From NCBI GenBank assembly GCA_051382335.1, contig JBBCAX010000228.1, forward strand, positions 1 to 36,753: a stretch of DNA of 36,753 nt, read 5' to 3'. The translations under genes and the position numbers were made by a program. Below, in pieces: positions 9,474 to 20,787 of this stretch. The stretch comes from Deltaproteobacteria bacterium TL4. GTDB taxonomy: Bacteria; SAR324; NAC60-12. Each line of letters begins with the position of its first letter. Positions within the stretch are counted from its first letter, which is position 1. A model generated the notes under the pieces. It ran no database searches, was not told where the DNA came from, and saw only the letters and a program-made list of their open reading frames with translations.

Positions 9474-9545
9474 AACAAGACTCCCGACTCGATGGTAAGC
9501 AAATTGAAGTGATCTGGTTGTAAGGGGAGCTGCCGAAAGGGAGTG

Positions 9546-10709
9546 TCATCCTTCGGTTTGAAGGAATTCCACGCCCACAATGGTACAATCATCCCTGTAA
9601 CAGTCTTCTTCAGCGTAACTTAGGCCAAAGGAGTACAAGGCTTCTACTAATTCATTTATTGAAAGTTCTCGGTGTTGGGATAAAAACAGGGATAAGCCCT
9701 CTTCACCGAGAATTTCATTATGTTTATCGACCACCTCAACCATCGCGTCTGTAAAGATCAGCAGTTTATCACCAGGATCCAGGGAAAGTGTCTGTTCTTC
9801 AAAACAGGCAATCTCATTGGAAAAAATGCCCACAAACATTCCCCGACTTTTTAAGGCTAATATTTCTTTAGATTGCGCTCGAATCAACAGCGGGTTTGGA
9901 TGACTGGCGCTACTGAAAACCAGGCTTTTCTTCAAAACGTCGAAAATGCAGTAAAACATCGTTGAAAATTTGGTTGAGGGTAATTTCCCATGCAGCATGA
10001 GGTTGGTTTCACTCAATACCTGCTTGGGACTCAACTGTCCTTGACTGGCTGTTGAAAAGGCTCCCGACACCATGAAGGAAATCAATGCCGCAGAAATGCC
10101 ATGTCCTGTGACATCCGCGACCATGAGGCCAAAGTGATCCTCATCGACAGGGAAGATGTTATAAAAATCGCCACCGACTTCTGCCATGGGTATAAATTTA
10201 GTCGCAATGCGAATTCCTGGAATTTCAGGAAGTTGTTGCGGTAGCAGAACTTTTTGTGTTTCCCTGGCTTGTTGCAACTCTTCAGTGAGGATCAGTTCCC
10301 TGGCTTTCCGTTCATTGATTTCCCGTTGTAATTGTACATGCGTATGAACTCTGGCTAATAACTCGGCTGAATTAAAGGGTTTCGATACATAATCGACAGC
10401 CCCCAATTCAAAGCCCTTAACAACGTCCTGCGTTTCAGTTTTTGCTGTTAAAAAGATGATCGGAATTTCACGACTTTTCGGGGAGGCTTTTAAACGTTTA
10501 CAGGTTTCAAACCCGTCAAGGTTCGGCATCATTACGTCAAGCAGGATCAAATCAGGACGGATTTTATCCACCATATTTAAGGCTTGAATTCCGTCCTGAG
10601 CGACATTGATCTGATAGTCTTGTTGTTTGAGCATGGTCCCTAAAACCTGTATGTTTTTGGGAGTATCATCCACAATTAAGATTCGGGTCTTTCCGGGGTC
10701 ACGAGTCAT
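9546..10709 (-). CDS. Response regulator receiver fused to a PP2C/SpoIIE (RsbU-like) phosphatase
   Basis: ILIVDD, LLDVMMP, KPF; VGGDFY, ADVTGHG, FTDA, DDCT; ATG at 10709 overlaps the kinase stop codon (ATGA). Confidence 0.9.
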   Translation of the reverse strand: MTRDPGKTRILIVDDTPKNIQVLGTMLKQQDYQINVAQDGIQALNMVDKIRPDLILLDVMMPNLDGFETCKRLKASPKSREIPIIFLTAKTETQDVVKGFELGAVDYVSKPFNSAELLARVHTHVQLQREINERKARELILTEELQQARETQKVLLPQQLPEIPGIRIATKFIPMAEVGGDFYNIFPVDEDHFGLMVADVTGHGISAALISFMVSGAFSTASQGQLSPKQVLSETNLMLHGKLPSTKFSTMFYCIFDVLKKSLVFSSASHPNPLLIRAQSKEILALKSRGMFVGIFSNEIACFEEQTLSLDPGDKLLIFTDAMVEVVDKHNEILGEEGLSLFLSQHRELSINELVEALYSFGLSYAEEDCYRDDCTIVGVEFLQTEG

Positions 10710-13700
10710 GGGTCCTTTTTTTCTATAACCAGTTTGAGTCTTTCCACAATCTGTGGAAAACCTTCCAAAGTTTGTTGTAGCGCATTCACGTCGAACAGTT
10801 CCGCCTGTGACTGTAACAGTTTCCCCCAAGTGGTTAACGTAGGATAATGATAAGCCTCTCCTAACTCATTGACTATTTTTCCAAAATCTTCAATATCATT
10901 TATAGTTAAAGTTTCACCTATTTCTTTCCACGTCGGCGTTATCTTGTTTTCGAGAAGGTTCAGAAGTTCTGGAAAACGGGCCATCGTTTCCTGATCAAAA
11001 TCTTTAGCGGAAAAGGCTTCAACGTCCTCCGCTTGTTGATGGGGTTCAGACAGCGGTTGATCTATCGTATAATTCAGGAAATGGCTGAGCTCCAGAATCA
11101 GTTCTTTTTTACTGATGGGCTTGTTTAACTGACCATCAAACCGATTGACCCTGGTTTCACCGGATTTCATAACAAACGCGGTAATCGCGATCACAGGAAT
11201 GTGTTTTAATTCTTCGGATTGCTTGATAAGCTCTGTCGCTTGATAACCATCCATCACAGGCATCCTCAGATCGATCAAAATCACATCGGGATGAAATTTT
11301 ATAGCCGCGTCAACTCCCGCTTTCCCATTGACGGCTTCAAGGATCCGAAGATTAGGGTAATCGAGATATCCCTTTAACAAATCACGATTGAGTTTCTGAT
11401 CATCAATGATCAGGATGGTCGCGGGATTGAACCTGTAGGAATCGAGATCCACCACCAGGGTTTCAGAAGGCATCCCATCTTTGGCCGTACCGATTTTTAT
11501 CTGCTTAAAGGCCACTTGAAAGGCACTTCCCTTGCCCACTTGACTGGTTACCGAAATCGTTCCGCCCATCATTTCAACCAAGCGTTTGGTAATGGCTAAC
11601 CCCAACCCTGTTCCTCCATATTTTTCATGACTTTGTCCCAATTGCTGTTCGAACGCTCCAAAAATCAGCTCACATTGATCTTGTGGAATTCCAATCCCGG
11701 AATCCTCAACTTTAAATAAGAAATCCAGCGTTTGTTCCTCAGGGTTCAATTCCTGGAAATAGCCTGATAACCGGATAAAGCCACTATCGGTAAACTTGAC
11801 CGCATTGCCTATCAAATTCAGAAGAATCTGTCGGAGTCGCGTTTCGTCAAAAATGAGAAGTTCCGGCAGATCCGGTTGGACGGCCACTTCGAAATCCAAA
11901 GCTTTCTCCGTAATTTTTTTAGAAAAGATTTGTTCCATTTCCTGAAAAATAATTCTGAGATTTACAGGCGTGTAACTCAAATCCAACTTTCCTGCTTCAA
12001 CTTTGGATAAATCCAAAATATCGTTGATTAAACGCAGTAACGATTTGCCACTACTGTGAATTGCCTGAAGGTACTGGTACTGCTTGGGATCCTTGATCTG
12101 TCCTTCCAGAATTTCAGTAAATCCCAAAATGGCATTCATCGGAGTCCGGATCTCATGACTCATATTTGCCAAAAACTCGCTTTTGGCTTTATTGGCCGCT
12201 TCGGCGGACTCCTTAGCCTTTTGCAGTTGGCCTTTTTGTAGTTGAACTTCTTCATAAAGACGAGCATTGTTGATGGCATTCGCGATTTGCGTCACATACC
12301 GTTGAATGGTTTCAATAGCATCGTGCTCTAACTTAAAGGCCTTTTTTGAATGAGAAAAAACGATGGTGCCTATCGCCTTATGCTGAACTTGAAGCGGCAG
12401 AACCAGGGTTGATTGGACAGGGTTATTTTGGTACATCTTCCGGTCTTTTGAAAAAAAATCTTTTACCCCTTCATTCGTTATGGGTGAAAGATAAAAGGGC
12501 AGATTGTCGAGTAAAGTTTCACAGTAATAACTGATGTTTCTTTCCAGGGGGAGGTAGGTACTTACAAAAAAATCATAGATATTTTGAGAAATTTCTTTGC
12601 CGTAGTATTTTGCCGGTATTAAGATTTTTCTTTGTTCATCCGCTAAAAATATGCCCACCTGATCAAATTCAAAGATCTCCTGTAAGGCTTCCATGACCGC
12701 TTGCATCACTTTGTCGAGATCCAAGGTGGAGTTGACCGTTTGGACTACTTGATTGAGGTGGGCAATTTCATGCTGATCTTTTTGGCTTTGTTCAAACAAA
12801 CGCGCATTGTAAATTGCGGTCGCTATTTGTGTCACATAACGTTGAATATTTCTGACATCCGCTTCCGTTAAAGAAAAGGGGGTTTGGGTATCTGCGAAAA
12901 CAATGACCCCAATGACCTGGTTTTGTACGTGAAGAGGAAACAGGAGATACGATTGTGCGGGATTAATACGGTATTGTGCTTTATCCAGCGGGGAAAAATT
13001 TTCCACCATCTCCGGGGTGACCGGTGAGATGTAATAGGGTTCGTTATAGATTGCGCTTTTACAAATGTAACTGGCTTGTTCCCGCATGGGAAATTCCAGC
13101 TTGCGAAAGGCCTCAAATATTTCACGTGTTACCCCTTCACCATAATATTTCGTGGGAATCAATCGCTTTCGCGGTTCATCCACCAGAAAGAATCCAAATT
13201 GATTAAAACTAAAAATATCTTGAAGCGCCATGGTGATTGAAACCACAATTTTATCCAAATCCAAAGTCGAGTTGATGATTTGAACTACCTGGCTCAAATG
13301 CAAAATTTCTTTGGTACGTTGTTCCACCGTTCGCTCTAACCCTTTAACCAGTTTGGCGTTTTCAATATACGGTCCCAGAATTAAACCCAGTTGGTGGATA
13401 AAATTTTGTTCAGGCGTGGAATAAACAGAACCGTCTATTTTTCGGCCAATCAGGATTAAACAGGTCAATTGCTCTTCAAAATAAACGGGTTGGATTAAAT
13501 GCGCATGCTTAAACAGGTCCTGGGATTCCAGGCGAACGTTATGATTCAGTGTCCACTCACCTAACTGCTCTTGGGTAGTTAAGGTCCGTTGACTTTCAAA
13601 TAAACGCAGAACAGGATGGCTTACGTCCAATTCAATCGTTTGTTCTCCCTCCCAGTAATTTTCTTCACTTGCAAAAAACCCGATTTGTGGATTCCACGTT

Positions 13701-16462
13701 TTCCAACCTGTAAACTTAGTGTTGGCAGAATCCGGAGTTTGAGCGAGCGTAAACAAGGCCTTATCCGCTAAATCCAAAGTAACTGAGGCCCCGGATTCCG
13801 CATTGTCGGGGTCCAGGCCAGCGTACTCAGGCATAACGAGCATGGCCCAGTCGTGAATCAATAATTGTTGAAAAAGCGATTTGGTTAATTGCTGATAAAT
13901 TTCTGAGATGGATTGGGTTTGAGAAAAACTTTCAGACAATTGTTCCATCGTTTTTTTTAAACGTTCCTTGAGTTGTCCAAAGAGAAGATCTAGGAGGGCT
14001 TTCCAGGTATTCTTGATCCCCATGAACAGGGGGATCACTAACATGATTTCCAGAAAATGGATTTTTTCACCCGGTTCCTCAAGCCAGATGAAAGTGGGAA
14101 TCAGGGCAATTCCGATGAGCGCAAGCAATAATCCGGCCCAATACAAAAGCAATCTCAGTATTTGCAAGGCTTCTCTGAGGCTTTGTTTGAACAATCCATA
14201 AGCCAGGATCAGCGCGGGGATAAAAGAAAAATTCCCTGGAGGATAAAACTCATAACCATAAATTGCGGGGAGGTGTCCCAGGTAAAGGATGGCATTGCCC
14301 ATAAAGCCCCAAATCACAAATTGGATACGGAGTCTTTGATAAGGCGGTCTGGTGACTTGATGCGCCTGGTATAATAACCGCGTACTGTAAAGAATCATCA
14401 AAATGAAAAAAAGGCCAACGGCATCAAAACCATAGGAGCGTTTAGCAAAATAGCCCCAGTAATAAGTATGGACTCCATTAAGATAGATTGAGGTTTGCGT
14501 GATGGGCGCGAAAAGAAGCCCTAACCCATAACAACTGTAAACGACCCACCATTGATGTTCCCGTCGTGTGAAAAGATAAATCAAGTGAAGATTGAATCCA
14601 AATTGAAAAACAACGAAAAAATGACTCCACCGACTCAATTGCAATCCCCTTGAAGCATCGGCAACAATGGTATTGAGTAATAAGTCCGCGCTGAAGAACG
14701 CGTAAATGATACTGATCAAACTAAAAATCAGAGACTCTTTTTGGGTTTGCCCCAGGGATAACGCCAAGTAGGATAAAAACAACCAACAGATAAACGAAAG
14801 CAACGGAGGAATCCCATACGGAATGATGCGACTGATTACATAATCCATGGTTAAATTCTTCAACGCCCACACGCCCACAGGAATTAAAATCAAGTATCCT
14901 AAAAAAACAACCGCTTTAATCACACTGGCCAATAATCGTTTTTTTGAATAATCATTGATTTTGATAATATCATGCCGGAAGACACCATACGCGATGATGA
15001 GAATGGGGATAAAACCAAAATTACTGGGTGGATAAAACTCAACACCAACGAGCACAGGAATGACGGCAATGGTTAAGAACATATTGATGATGATTCCAAA
15101 GAAAATATAAAAATATTGTTTCTTCCTGAGACTCTCGGTCTCAACCTTCCATGCTTGAAACAGTAAGATGCAGAGCCAGAGTGTTCCGGAGATTGCCGCA
15201 ATCCCAAACAGCTTAAAGGCCCAATTCCCCTTGGCAATAAAGCCAAAATAATAAAGGTACATGGCGTCATGATAAAAATAAGCGGTTTGGGTCAAAGGCA
15301 TTAATATAAACGCAAGGAGGTAAAGTGTGTAAACCAATTTTCGTTGTGGAAGATTTAACATTCGATAAATGAAATGGACATTAACCCCCATTTGATTGAC
15401 AAAAAAAAGCATGTGAACGCGGCTGAAATTTAAGGAAATTTGTTCATCGGCAATAAGGGTCGCCAAAGTCAGGTCGAGATTCAACCACCCCCACAAGGTA
15501 CAAATGATGCCAAACAAAAGGGTTTCTAATTGCCAACTGCCTTTGAGAAAACAAAAGGTAGCCAAACCCAGACAGATTAAAAGCGTGAAGAAGGGAGGTA
15601 AGGCATAAGAAAAGATTCGATTTTGTAACGAGGGGAAAAAAAACTCACTGGGTGCGAAAAGGACAAAGGCAAAACTCAGAAAGAAGGGCATCCAGGCGAT
15701 AAGGACCAGCACTTTAGGGATATAGCCTTTGGAAAACCAACTCTTGGTGATGTCCAGCATTTGATGTTGTAACACTCCATAAGCCATCAACCCCATGGGA
15801 ATGAATCCAAAACGACCCAACGGATACATCCCGATCCCTATTGCTGGGAAAACGTTAGCCAAGGTTAAAAACGCGTTAAGTCCCAAGCAGAGTAAGAGAA
15901 ACCCGAATTTTGAACGGGATTTAGGCGTATCCGCCTGCCGATAGCCTTTCCAAAGCACGCTAATGCCGTAAAGAGTCACCATGAGCGCAATCCAACCAAA
16001 ACTCAAAAAAGCCGATCCTCCCGCAAGCGTTTTTCCAAAAAAATAATCATGAACGTCTGAAAAAAAATACTCCGTTTGGGTCACAGGCATAAACAGGATA
16101 CAAATCAGGTAAAGTCCCCGTTCCAGCCATTGACGATGGTTGATTTGAAGAACCTGATGAATGAACTGAAGACCGACAGGTAAAATGAAGATAAATATTA
16201 AGTGCCCCCACCGCCCAACGCTAAGAAGGATCTCCTTTGAGCTGATGATATTGGAAAGGGAAATGTAGAGATAATAAAAAGTTTGAAGAATACAAAAAAT
16301 AGTAAAGAGTTGGTTTTCCCGTTTATGTTTTCCGGCTTGAATGGTGAGTGAGGCCAAAAACAAACAGACACCCATTGATAAAACGGGAGGAATGCCGTAG
16401 GGCAAAAAACGATTGAATTGAAAAAGAGTAGGCATCATGAAGCGGTATCGGCTAAAGGTCAC
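10706..16462 (-). CDS. Hybrid sensor histidine kinase: 3x N-terminal 7TM, GAF domains, HisKA, HATPase, REC (start may be 16438)
   Basis: [39 protein letters not shown]...IDLRMP...KP; hydrophobic triplicated N-terminus. Confidence 0.92.
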   Translation of the reverse strand: MTFSRYRFMMPTLFQFNRFLPYGIPPVLSMGVCLFLASLTIQAGKHKRENQLFTIFCILQTFYYLYISLSNIISSKEILLSVGRWGHLIFIFILPVGLQFIHQVLQINHRQWLERGLYLICILFMPVTQTEYFFSDVHDYFFGKTLAGGSAFLSFGWIALMVTLYGISVLWKGYRQADTPKSRSKFGFLLLCLGLNAFLTLANVFPAIGIGMYPLGRFGFIPMGLMAYGVLQHQMLDITKSWFSKGYIPKVLVLIAWMPFFLSFAFVLFAPSEFFFPSLQNRIFSYALPPFFTLLICLGLATFCFLKGSWQLETLLFGIICTLWGWLNLDLTLATLIADEQISLNFSRVHMLFFVNQMGVNVHFIYRMLNLPQRKLVYTLYLLAFILMPLTQTAYFYHDAMYLYYFGFIAKGNWAFKLFGIAAISGTLWLCILLFQAWKVETESLRKKQYFYIFFGIIINMFLTIAVIPVLVGVEFYPPSNFGFIPILIIAYGVFRHDIIKINDYSKKRLLASVIKAVVFLGYLILIPVGVWALKNLTMDYVISRIIPYGIPPLLSFICWLFLSYLALSLGQTQKESLIFSLISIIYAFFSADLLLNTIVADASRGLQLSRWSHFFVVFQFGFNLHLIYLFTRREHQWWVVYSCYGLGLLFAPITQTSIYLNGVHTYYWGYFAKRSYGFDAVGLFFILMILYSTRLLYQAHQVTRPPYQRLRIQFVIWGFMGNAILYLGHLPAIYGYEFYPPGNFSFIPALILAYGLFKQSLREALQILRLLLYWAGLLLALIGIALIPTFIWLEEPGEKIHFLEIMLVIPLFMGIKNTWKALLDLLFGQLKERLKKTMEQLSESFSQTQSISEIYQQLTKSLFQQLLIHDWAMLVMPEYAGLDPDNAESGASVTLDLADKALFTLAQTPDSANTKFTGWKTWNPQIGFFASEENYWEGEQTIELDVSHPVLRLFESQRTLTTQEQLGEWTLNHNVRLESQDLFKHAHLIQPVYFEEQLTCLILIGRKIDGSVYSTPEQNFIHQLGLILGPYIENAKLVKGLERTVEQRTKEILHLSQVVQIINSTLDLDKIVVSITMALQDIFSFNQFGFFLVDEPRKRLIPTKYYGEGVTREIFEAFRKLEFPMREQASYICKSAIYNEPYYISPVTPEMVENFSPLDKAQYRINPAQSYLLFPLHVQNQVIGVIVFADTQTPFSLTEADVRNIQRYVTQIATAIYNARLFEQSQKDQHEIAHLNQVVQTVNSTLDLDKVMQAVMEALQEIFEFDQVGIFLADEQRKILIPAKYYGKEISQNIYDFFVSTYLPLERNISYYCETLLDNLPFYLSPITNEGVKDFFSKDRKMYQNNPVQSTLVLPLQVQHKAIGTIVFSHSKKAFKLEHDAIETIQRYVTQIANAINNARLYEEVQLQKGQLQKAKESAEAANKAKSEFLANMSHEIRTPMNAILGFTEILEGQIKDPKQYQYLQAIHSSGKSLLRLINDILDLSKVEAGKLDLSYTPVNLRIIFQEMEQIFSKKITEKALDFEVAVQPDLPELLIFDETRLRQILLNLIGNAVKFTDSGFIRLSGYFQELNPEEQTLDFLFKVEDSGIGIPQDQCELIFGAFEQQLGQSHEKYGGTGLGLAITKRLVEMMGGTISVTSQVGKGSAFQVAFKQIKIGTAKDGMPSETLVVDLDSYRFNPATILIIDDQKLNRDLLKGYLDYPNLRILEAVNGKAGVDAAIKFHPDVILIDLRMPVMDGYQATELIKQSEELKHIPVIAITAFVMKSGETRVNRFDGQLNKPISKKELILELSHFLNYTIDQPLSEPHQQAEDVEAFSAKDFDQETMARFPELLNLLENKITPTWKEIGETLTINDIEDFGKIVNELGEAYHYPTLTTWGKLLQSQAELFDVNALQQTLEGFPQIVERLKLVIEKKDP

Positions 16463-16583
16463 TAAGCATTTCTTTCGCGGTTCTTAATACTTACAAATTC
16501 AATAGGGGCTTGTCAAGTTGGCGAGGTGTTGAGGAGGGCTGATGAAAACAAGGGGATGTTCCTCACCCCACCCGGCATCCGTT

Positions 16584-18521
16584 TCAAAAGTAAAACAATA
16601 CCGCCGCTTTCCCCTCATAATCGTTATCAAGGGAGTCCACTTCGAACCGAAAGGCGAAGTTGGTTGAAAAGATGATGTTTTGCTGGAGTGAAATCTGAGT
16701 CTTATTAGCCTGGTCCGTTGTCGGATAAGCAAAGGATTGGACGAATAGATTCACTTTCCAGAAGGAGCGCAGATCCATCAGAACACCAGTCGTCCCACCA
16801 AGTCCCAACTGATAATGAGACACCAACGCTTCGCCATAATGAAGATCGGCTTCCGCAAAGGCATAAAAGACTTCACGTTGAAACAAATGCGTTTGGAATG
16901 AAGCGCCTCCGCCGCCATTAAGATGAACCAGGCGACAAAAGGAACATTCCCCAGGACCTGTATTTTCCCATTGAACATTAAATTTCCAGGAAGGCTGGAG
17001 GAACATCCTGCTAATGGGGGTTAGAGAAATCACTTCAGCGATGATGAATTTTTTCAGGATCGTTTGCTCGCTTTCAGCATAGTTTCGAAACTGAAAGTTA
17101 AACAATCCTATTTGGGCACCAGGAGTATACCCCGTTTCACGATCCAAAAGGTCGTGGTAAGAAGCTTTGAATTCAATTTCCTCAAAGGCTTCCTGATTCT
17201 GTTGACCTATTCCAAAACCCATCCTGACGACACGATGTCCCTCTTCGGGCGCGCCTGAGTAAGGTTTAATTTCAGACTCCGGGCTTTTCACTTTCAACTG
17301 ACTCCGTGCGATCAGAAGCGCTTGCCTGAGTTTTTTATGCGCTGTTTTGTTTTCCTGCTTAGTATTCAAACGGTATCTTAAGTAAGATTCCGCAATTTCA
17401 AGAATTAAAGCTTGTCGAATAGGCGGAAGCTCTTCTAGTTCGCTCAAGGCTGTGAAATTATGATCGTCCAATATTCTTAGGAGCAGTGGGTACTCTGAAG
17501 CAGATAATTGCTCATTTTTACGTTGGATTTGAGTGCTTCTTGAGGGCCGATAGTTCCGTTCAAGGATCAATCCTGGATAAGAGTCAATCAGGCGGATAGT
17601 GTCGGAGGGAATGGTCCGTAACCAAAAATGTTCCTGAAGTTTTAGTTCGGGATTGGCAACGTCCAATAAAGAAAGCAGGTGGTAGGAGCAGTTTTCTTTG
17701 AAGAAAAAATAGTCAAACCTGGCATTACCCAATTCCCAAATATGCCAAAGCATCCACTGCCTTTGCTCGTGATCAAAGTTCAGACGATACTCCCACATAT
17801 CCCGGTTTTCCAGCTCATTGTATTCTTGGACCTTGAGATAGTAGGGCATTAAAGAAAAGTATCCGCTAAACCCACCAAAAACTCCTTTCAGGATGGCGCC
17901 AACTTCGTTTTCCTGTAAATTCACTTCAGCCGCATAATTGACAGCATAGGATAAAAGCTGAACCTGGGGCGAATTTTTCTGCTGCTCAATTCGCAGAAAC
18001 GTATGCCCGAACATTGAGGCCGGATTATTCAAATACACAGAAGGAAAGATCAGCGTTACGGCTTCAGGTTTTATGATTCCAAGTCTCTTTTCATATTGGG
18101 GACACACTCGTGCAGGGAGGACGGAATCTGATATTTCCAGTTCCTTTTTTAACCAGTGATAACGTGCGGGAAAGGCACAAATGGCCTGTTGTTGTGAGGG
18201 GGTGACCAGCTCCTCACTAAAAAAAAACGTTAGCGTCGCTTCCATTTCTGCTTGAGGCGTATCTCGTCCATTGGGCGACAGGAAAAAGCCCGGATCATCG
18301 ACCTCACTCAATATACCTCCCCAAAAAGTTGAATGATAATGCAAAAGGAGATGCCAATACCTTTGCTCATAGAGCTTTTTTGCTCTGACTTGATGGATGA
18401 TTTGTTTCAAAAACCCGGCGGATTCTTGAGCATCGCACTGGAGGGGCTGATTAAGAAAAACCAGAGAGCTGATTAAAAACAAAATAACGGTCGTAGCGAC
18501 TTGATGGCGCAGCTTGAGCAT
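16584..18521 (-). CDS. DUF4105 (Lnb N-terminal-like) protein with a probable C-terminal outer-membrane beta-barrel
   Basis: FPARY, PASMFGHTFLRI, ENRDMWEY, YFFFKENCSY, YHDLLD; C-terminal F; signal-like sequence from ATG 18521. Confidence 0.8.
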   Translation of the reverse strand: MLKLRHQVATTVILFLISSLVFLNQPLQCDAQESAGFLKQIIHQVRAKKLYEQRYWHLLLHYHSTFWGGILSEVDDPGFFLSPNGRDTPQAEMEATLTFFFSEELVTPSQQQAICAFPARYHWLKKELEISDSVLPARVCPQYEKRLGIIKPEAVTLIFPSVYLNNPASMFGHTFLRIEQQKNSPQVQLLSYAVNYAAEVNLQENEVGAILKGVFGGFSGYFSLMPYYLKVQEYNELENRDMWEYRLNFDHEQRQWMLWHIWELGNARFDYFFFKENCSYHLLSLLDVANPELKLQEHFWLRTIPSDTIRLIDSYPGLILERNYRPSRSTQIQRKNEQLSASEYPLLLRILDDHNFTALSELEELPPIRQALILEIAESYLRYRLNTKQENKTAHKKLRQALLIARSQLKVKSPESEIKPYSGAPEEGHRVVRMGFGIGQQNQEAFEEIEFKASYHDLLDRETGYTPGAQIGLFNFQFRNYAESEQTILKKFIIAEVISLTPISRMFLQPSWKFNVQWENTGPGECSFCRLVHLNGGGGASFQTHLFQREVFYAFAEADLHYGEALVSHYQLGLGGTTGVLMDLRSFWKVNLFVQSFAYPTTDQANKTQISLQQNIIFSTNFAFRFEVDSLDNDYEGKAAVLFYF

Positions 18522-18561
18522 ACGAAAAGTCAAAGATTCGAGGAAACTCAGAAGAGAACAG

Positions 18562-18582
18562 GGATGCCCCGGAGGAGCATCC
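18562..18582 (-). terminator. Possible intrinsic terminator or attenuator between the DUF3015 and DUF4105 genes
   Basis: Minus strand GGATGCTCC-TCC-GGGGCATCC followed by CTGTTCTCTT. Confidence 0.4.
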
Positions 18583-18632
18583 ACGAATTATGAAATTTAT
18601 GAAGGTTGGTTCAGCTTAAGACAAAATCATGA

Positions 18633-19103
18633 TTAAAGGTAGGCTTTGTTTTTCAGTTGTTGACTCATCGCCAAGAGTGCTTCTTGAGCTGTGGTATTTT
18701 CTGTTTTAATCAATTGGCTATAGTTTTCTTGGGTCATCTCATAAAAAGAAGCCTGTTGAGCCGCGGGGATCTCCAGCAATACAGCCAAGGAGCTTAAATA
18801 CTCACCTTCTCCTTGAGCCATTTCTTCTTTCAAATTTTCAAAGTTAGCAATGAAATAGCTATCCACTTTTTGGTTGACCGCAAAACTGTCTGCTTGACAT
18901 CCCAAAGTTCCGGAAGTAATCCCAAACGTTTGATTCCCTGACAATCCATTCAGAGAGGTTGCAACCAGTTGCATTACGGTAGTTTTTGTTTCTCCAAGAA
19001 CCATTGTTCCCAAACCACAACCAGGTCCTGTATCTTTTGCAAAAAGGGAAGAAGTAGGGATCAACGCAACCGTTGCAACGACTAATGCCATTTTTTTCAA
19101 CAT
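18633..19103 (-). CDS. DUF3015-family secreted protein
   Basis: Signal peptide, GPGCGLG, GNQTFGITSGTLGC, EMAQGEGEYL; AGGAG RBS. Confidence 0.85.
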   Translation of the reverse strand: MLKKMALVVATVALIPTSSLFAKDTGPGCGLGTMVLGETKTTVMQLVATSLNGLSGNQTFGITSGTLGCQADSFAVNQKVDSYFIANFENLKEEMAQGEGEYLSSLAVLLEIPAAQQASFYEMTQENYSQLIKTENTTAQEALLAMSQQLKNKAYL

Positions 19104-19378
19104 GAGAATCTCCTTTAATAACTTTCAAAGAACAATTGCTCTCCCCCTCCATTGGAAAGAGAACAATAACCAAGGACACACAACGCCTTAACTAGCGTAT
19201 AATTAAGTCAACTTGGGATGTCAACACAAAATCATAACGAATGCTTATATTTTTTCTGCGAAAATAAACTTCCCTTTTCGATGCCAACAGCTTATTTCAT
19301 AGACAGTACCGTGACTGATGTAAAAATCACTCTTGAATATCAATTTACTCCACTCAGTTAATTTATTACGAAAAAACC

Positions 19379-20635
19379 ATGTTAGATTTAAACGTTATTC
19401 GAAATAACAAAGAAGCCGTGATCGAAAATTGTCTAAACCGCAATCTTTCAGTCAATGTTGAGCTTCTTTTAGAAGTAGACCAGGAAACCAGAAAGCTTAA
19501 AGGCGAATTAGACGCGACCCGACAAAGACGTAATGAAATCAGTAATATGATGAAACAAACGCTGACATCTGTGGAACGTCAACCCTTGATTGAGGAATCA
19601 AAAATTTTAAAAGAACAAGAAGCGGAACAAGACCATCGCTATCAGCGGTTAGAGCAGGAGCGTTTGCAATTATGGTCAGAAGTTCCCAACTTGACTCATC
19701 CGGACAGTCCCCTGGGCAAAACGGATGAAGATAATAAAGAAATTCGTCAGGTAGGTCGCATTCCGCAGTTCGCTTTTGAGCCTCAGGATCATCTGACACT
19801 GATGGAATCCCTGGACTTGATTGATATGGAAGGCGGCGCAAAAGTTGCGGGACAAAAGTTTTATTACTTGAAAAATGAAGCCGTATTTCTGGAGTTGGCC
19901 TTAATCCAATATGCGCTGCAGCGTTTAAACAAGGAAGGCTTCACTGTATTCACCACTCCTGACTTGGCACGAAAAGAAATTTTATCAGGCATCGGTTTTA
20001 ATCCCAGAGGCGAAGAAACACAGATCTACTCGATTGAAAACACTGACTTGTGTTTAATTGCCACCGCTGAAATCACCTTGGGAGGATTGCTTTCCAATAA
20101 GATCATCAACGAGGCTTTGCCGCTGTTGTATGCAGGCTTTTCTCATTGTTTCCGAACTGAAGCCGGAGCCGCGGGTCGAGAATCAAAAGGCTTGTACCGG
20201 GTTCATCAGTTTTCCAAAGTGGAGATGTTTGCGTTTGTTCGTCCTGAGGATTCAGAGGCGATGCATGAACGTTTTCTGCAAATAGAAGAAAGTCTGTATC
20301 AGGATTTAGAAATTCCCTATCGGGTTGTTGATATCTGTACAGGAGATTTAGGGGCTCCTGCCTATCGCAAGTATGATCTCGAAGCGTGGATGCCCGGAAG
20401 AAAAAAATGGGGTGAAGTGACCTCGACGTCAAATTGTACGGACTATCAATCCAGACGTCTGAATATTCGTTATAAAGATCAGGAAAGTGGAAAGCATGGC
20501 TATGTCCACATGCTTAATGGAACGGCCATTGCTCTTTCACGAACGTTAATTGCGCTGATGGAAAACGGACAGCAAGCTGATGGTTCCATCAAACTCCCCA
20601 AGTGTTTGGGGTTAGCCGATATCAAACGCCATTAA
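19379..20635 (+). CDS. serS: Seryl-tRNA synthetase
   Basis: N-terminal coiled coil, LIATAE, CFRTEAG, GLYRVHQFSKVE, SNCTDYQSRR, LNGTA. Confidence 0.97.
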   Translation: MLDLNVIRNNKEAVIENCLNRNLSVNVELLLEVDQETRKLKGELDATRQRRNEISNMMKQTLTSVERQPLIEESKILKEQEAEQDHRYQRLEQERLQLWSEVPNLTHPDSPLGKTDEDNKEIRQVGRIPQFAFEPQDHLTLMESLDLIDMEGGAKVAGQKFYYLKNEAVFLELALIQYALQRLNKEGFTVFTTPDLARKEILSGIGFNPRGEETQIYSIENTDLCLIATAEITLGGLLSNKIINEALPLLYAGFSHCFRTEAGAAGRESKGLYRVHQFSKVEMFAFVRPEDSEAMHERFLQIEESLYQDLEIPYRVVDICTGDLGAPAYRKYDLEAWMPGRKKWGEVTSTSNCTDYQSRRLNIRYKDQESGKHGYVHMLNGTAIALSRTLIALMENGQQADGSIKLPKCLGLADIKRH

Positions 20636-20787
20636 CGTTGAAGTCTTGAACCTTCGCTTAGAAGCTCATCAGTGACAGGTTTAAATAGTTACAAAGCCCC
20701 TTATTCCGTACTGTAAAACCGTATGATCCGTGCCTATTGGCAACTCATCCCTGAATGGATTCGAATAGCAAACCGAGGAAAACAAAT

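Noticed and set aside
9130..9592. ORFs 9130..9453 (+) and 9338..9592 (-)
   Set aside because: They run through the palindromic elements and show no protein motif; likely spurious
10710..10829. 40-aa N-terminal extension of REC-PP2C in the ORF track
   Set aside because: It overlaps the kinase gene; the ATGA coupling at 10706-10709 gives a better start
16553..18582. Similar GGATG...CATCC hairpins flanking the DUF4105 gene as element ends
   Set aside because: Similarity is short and both fit ordinary terminators on the minus strand
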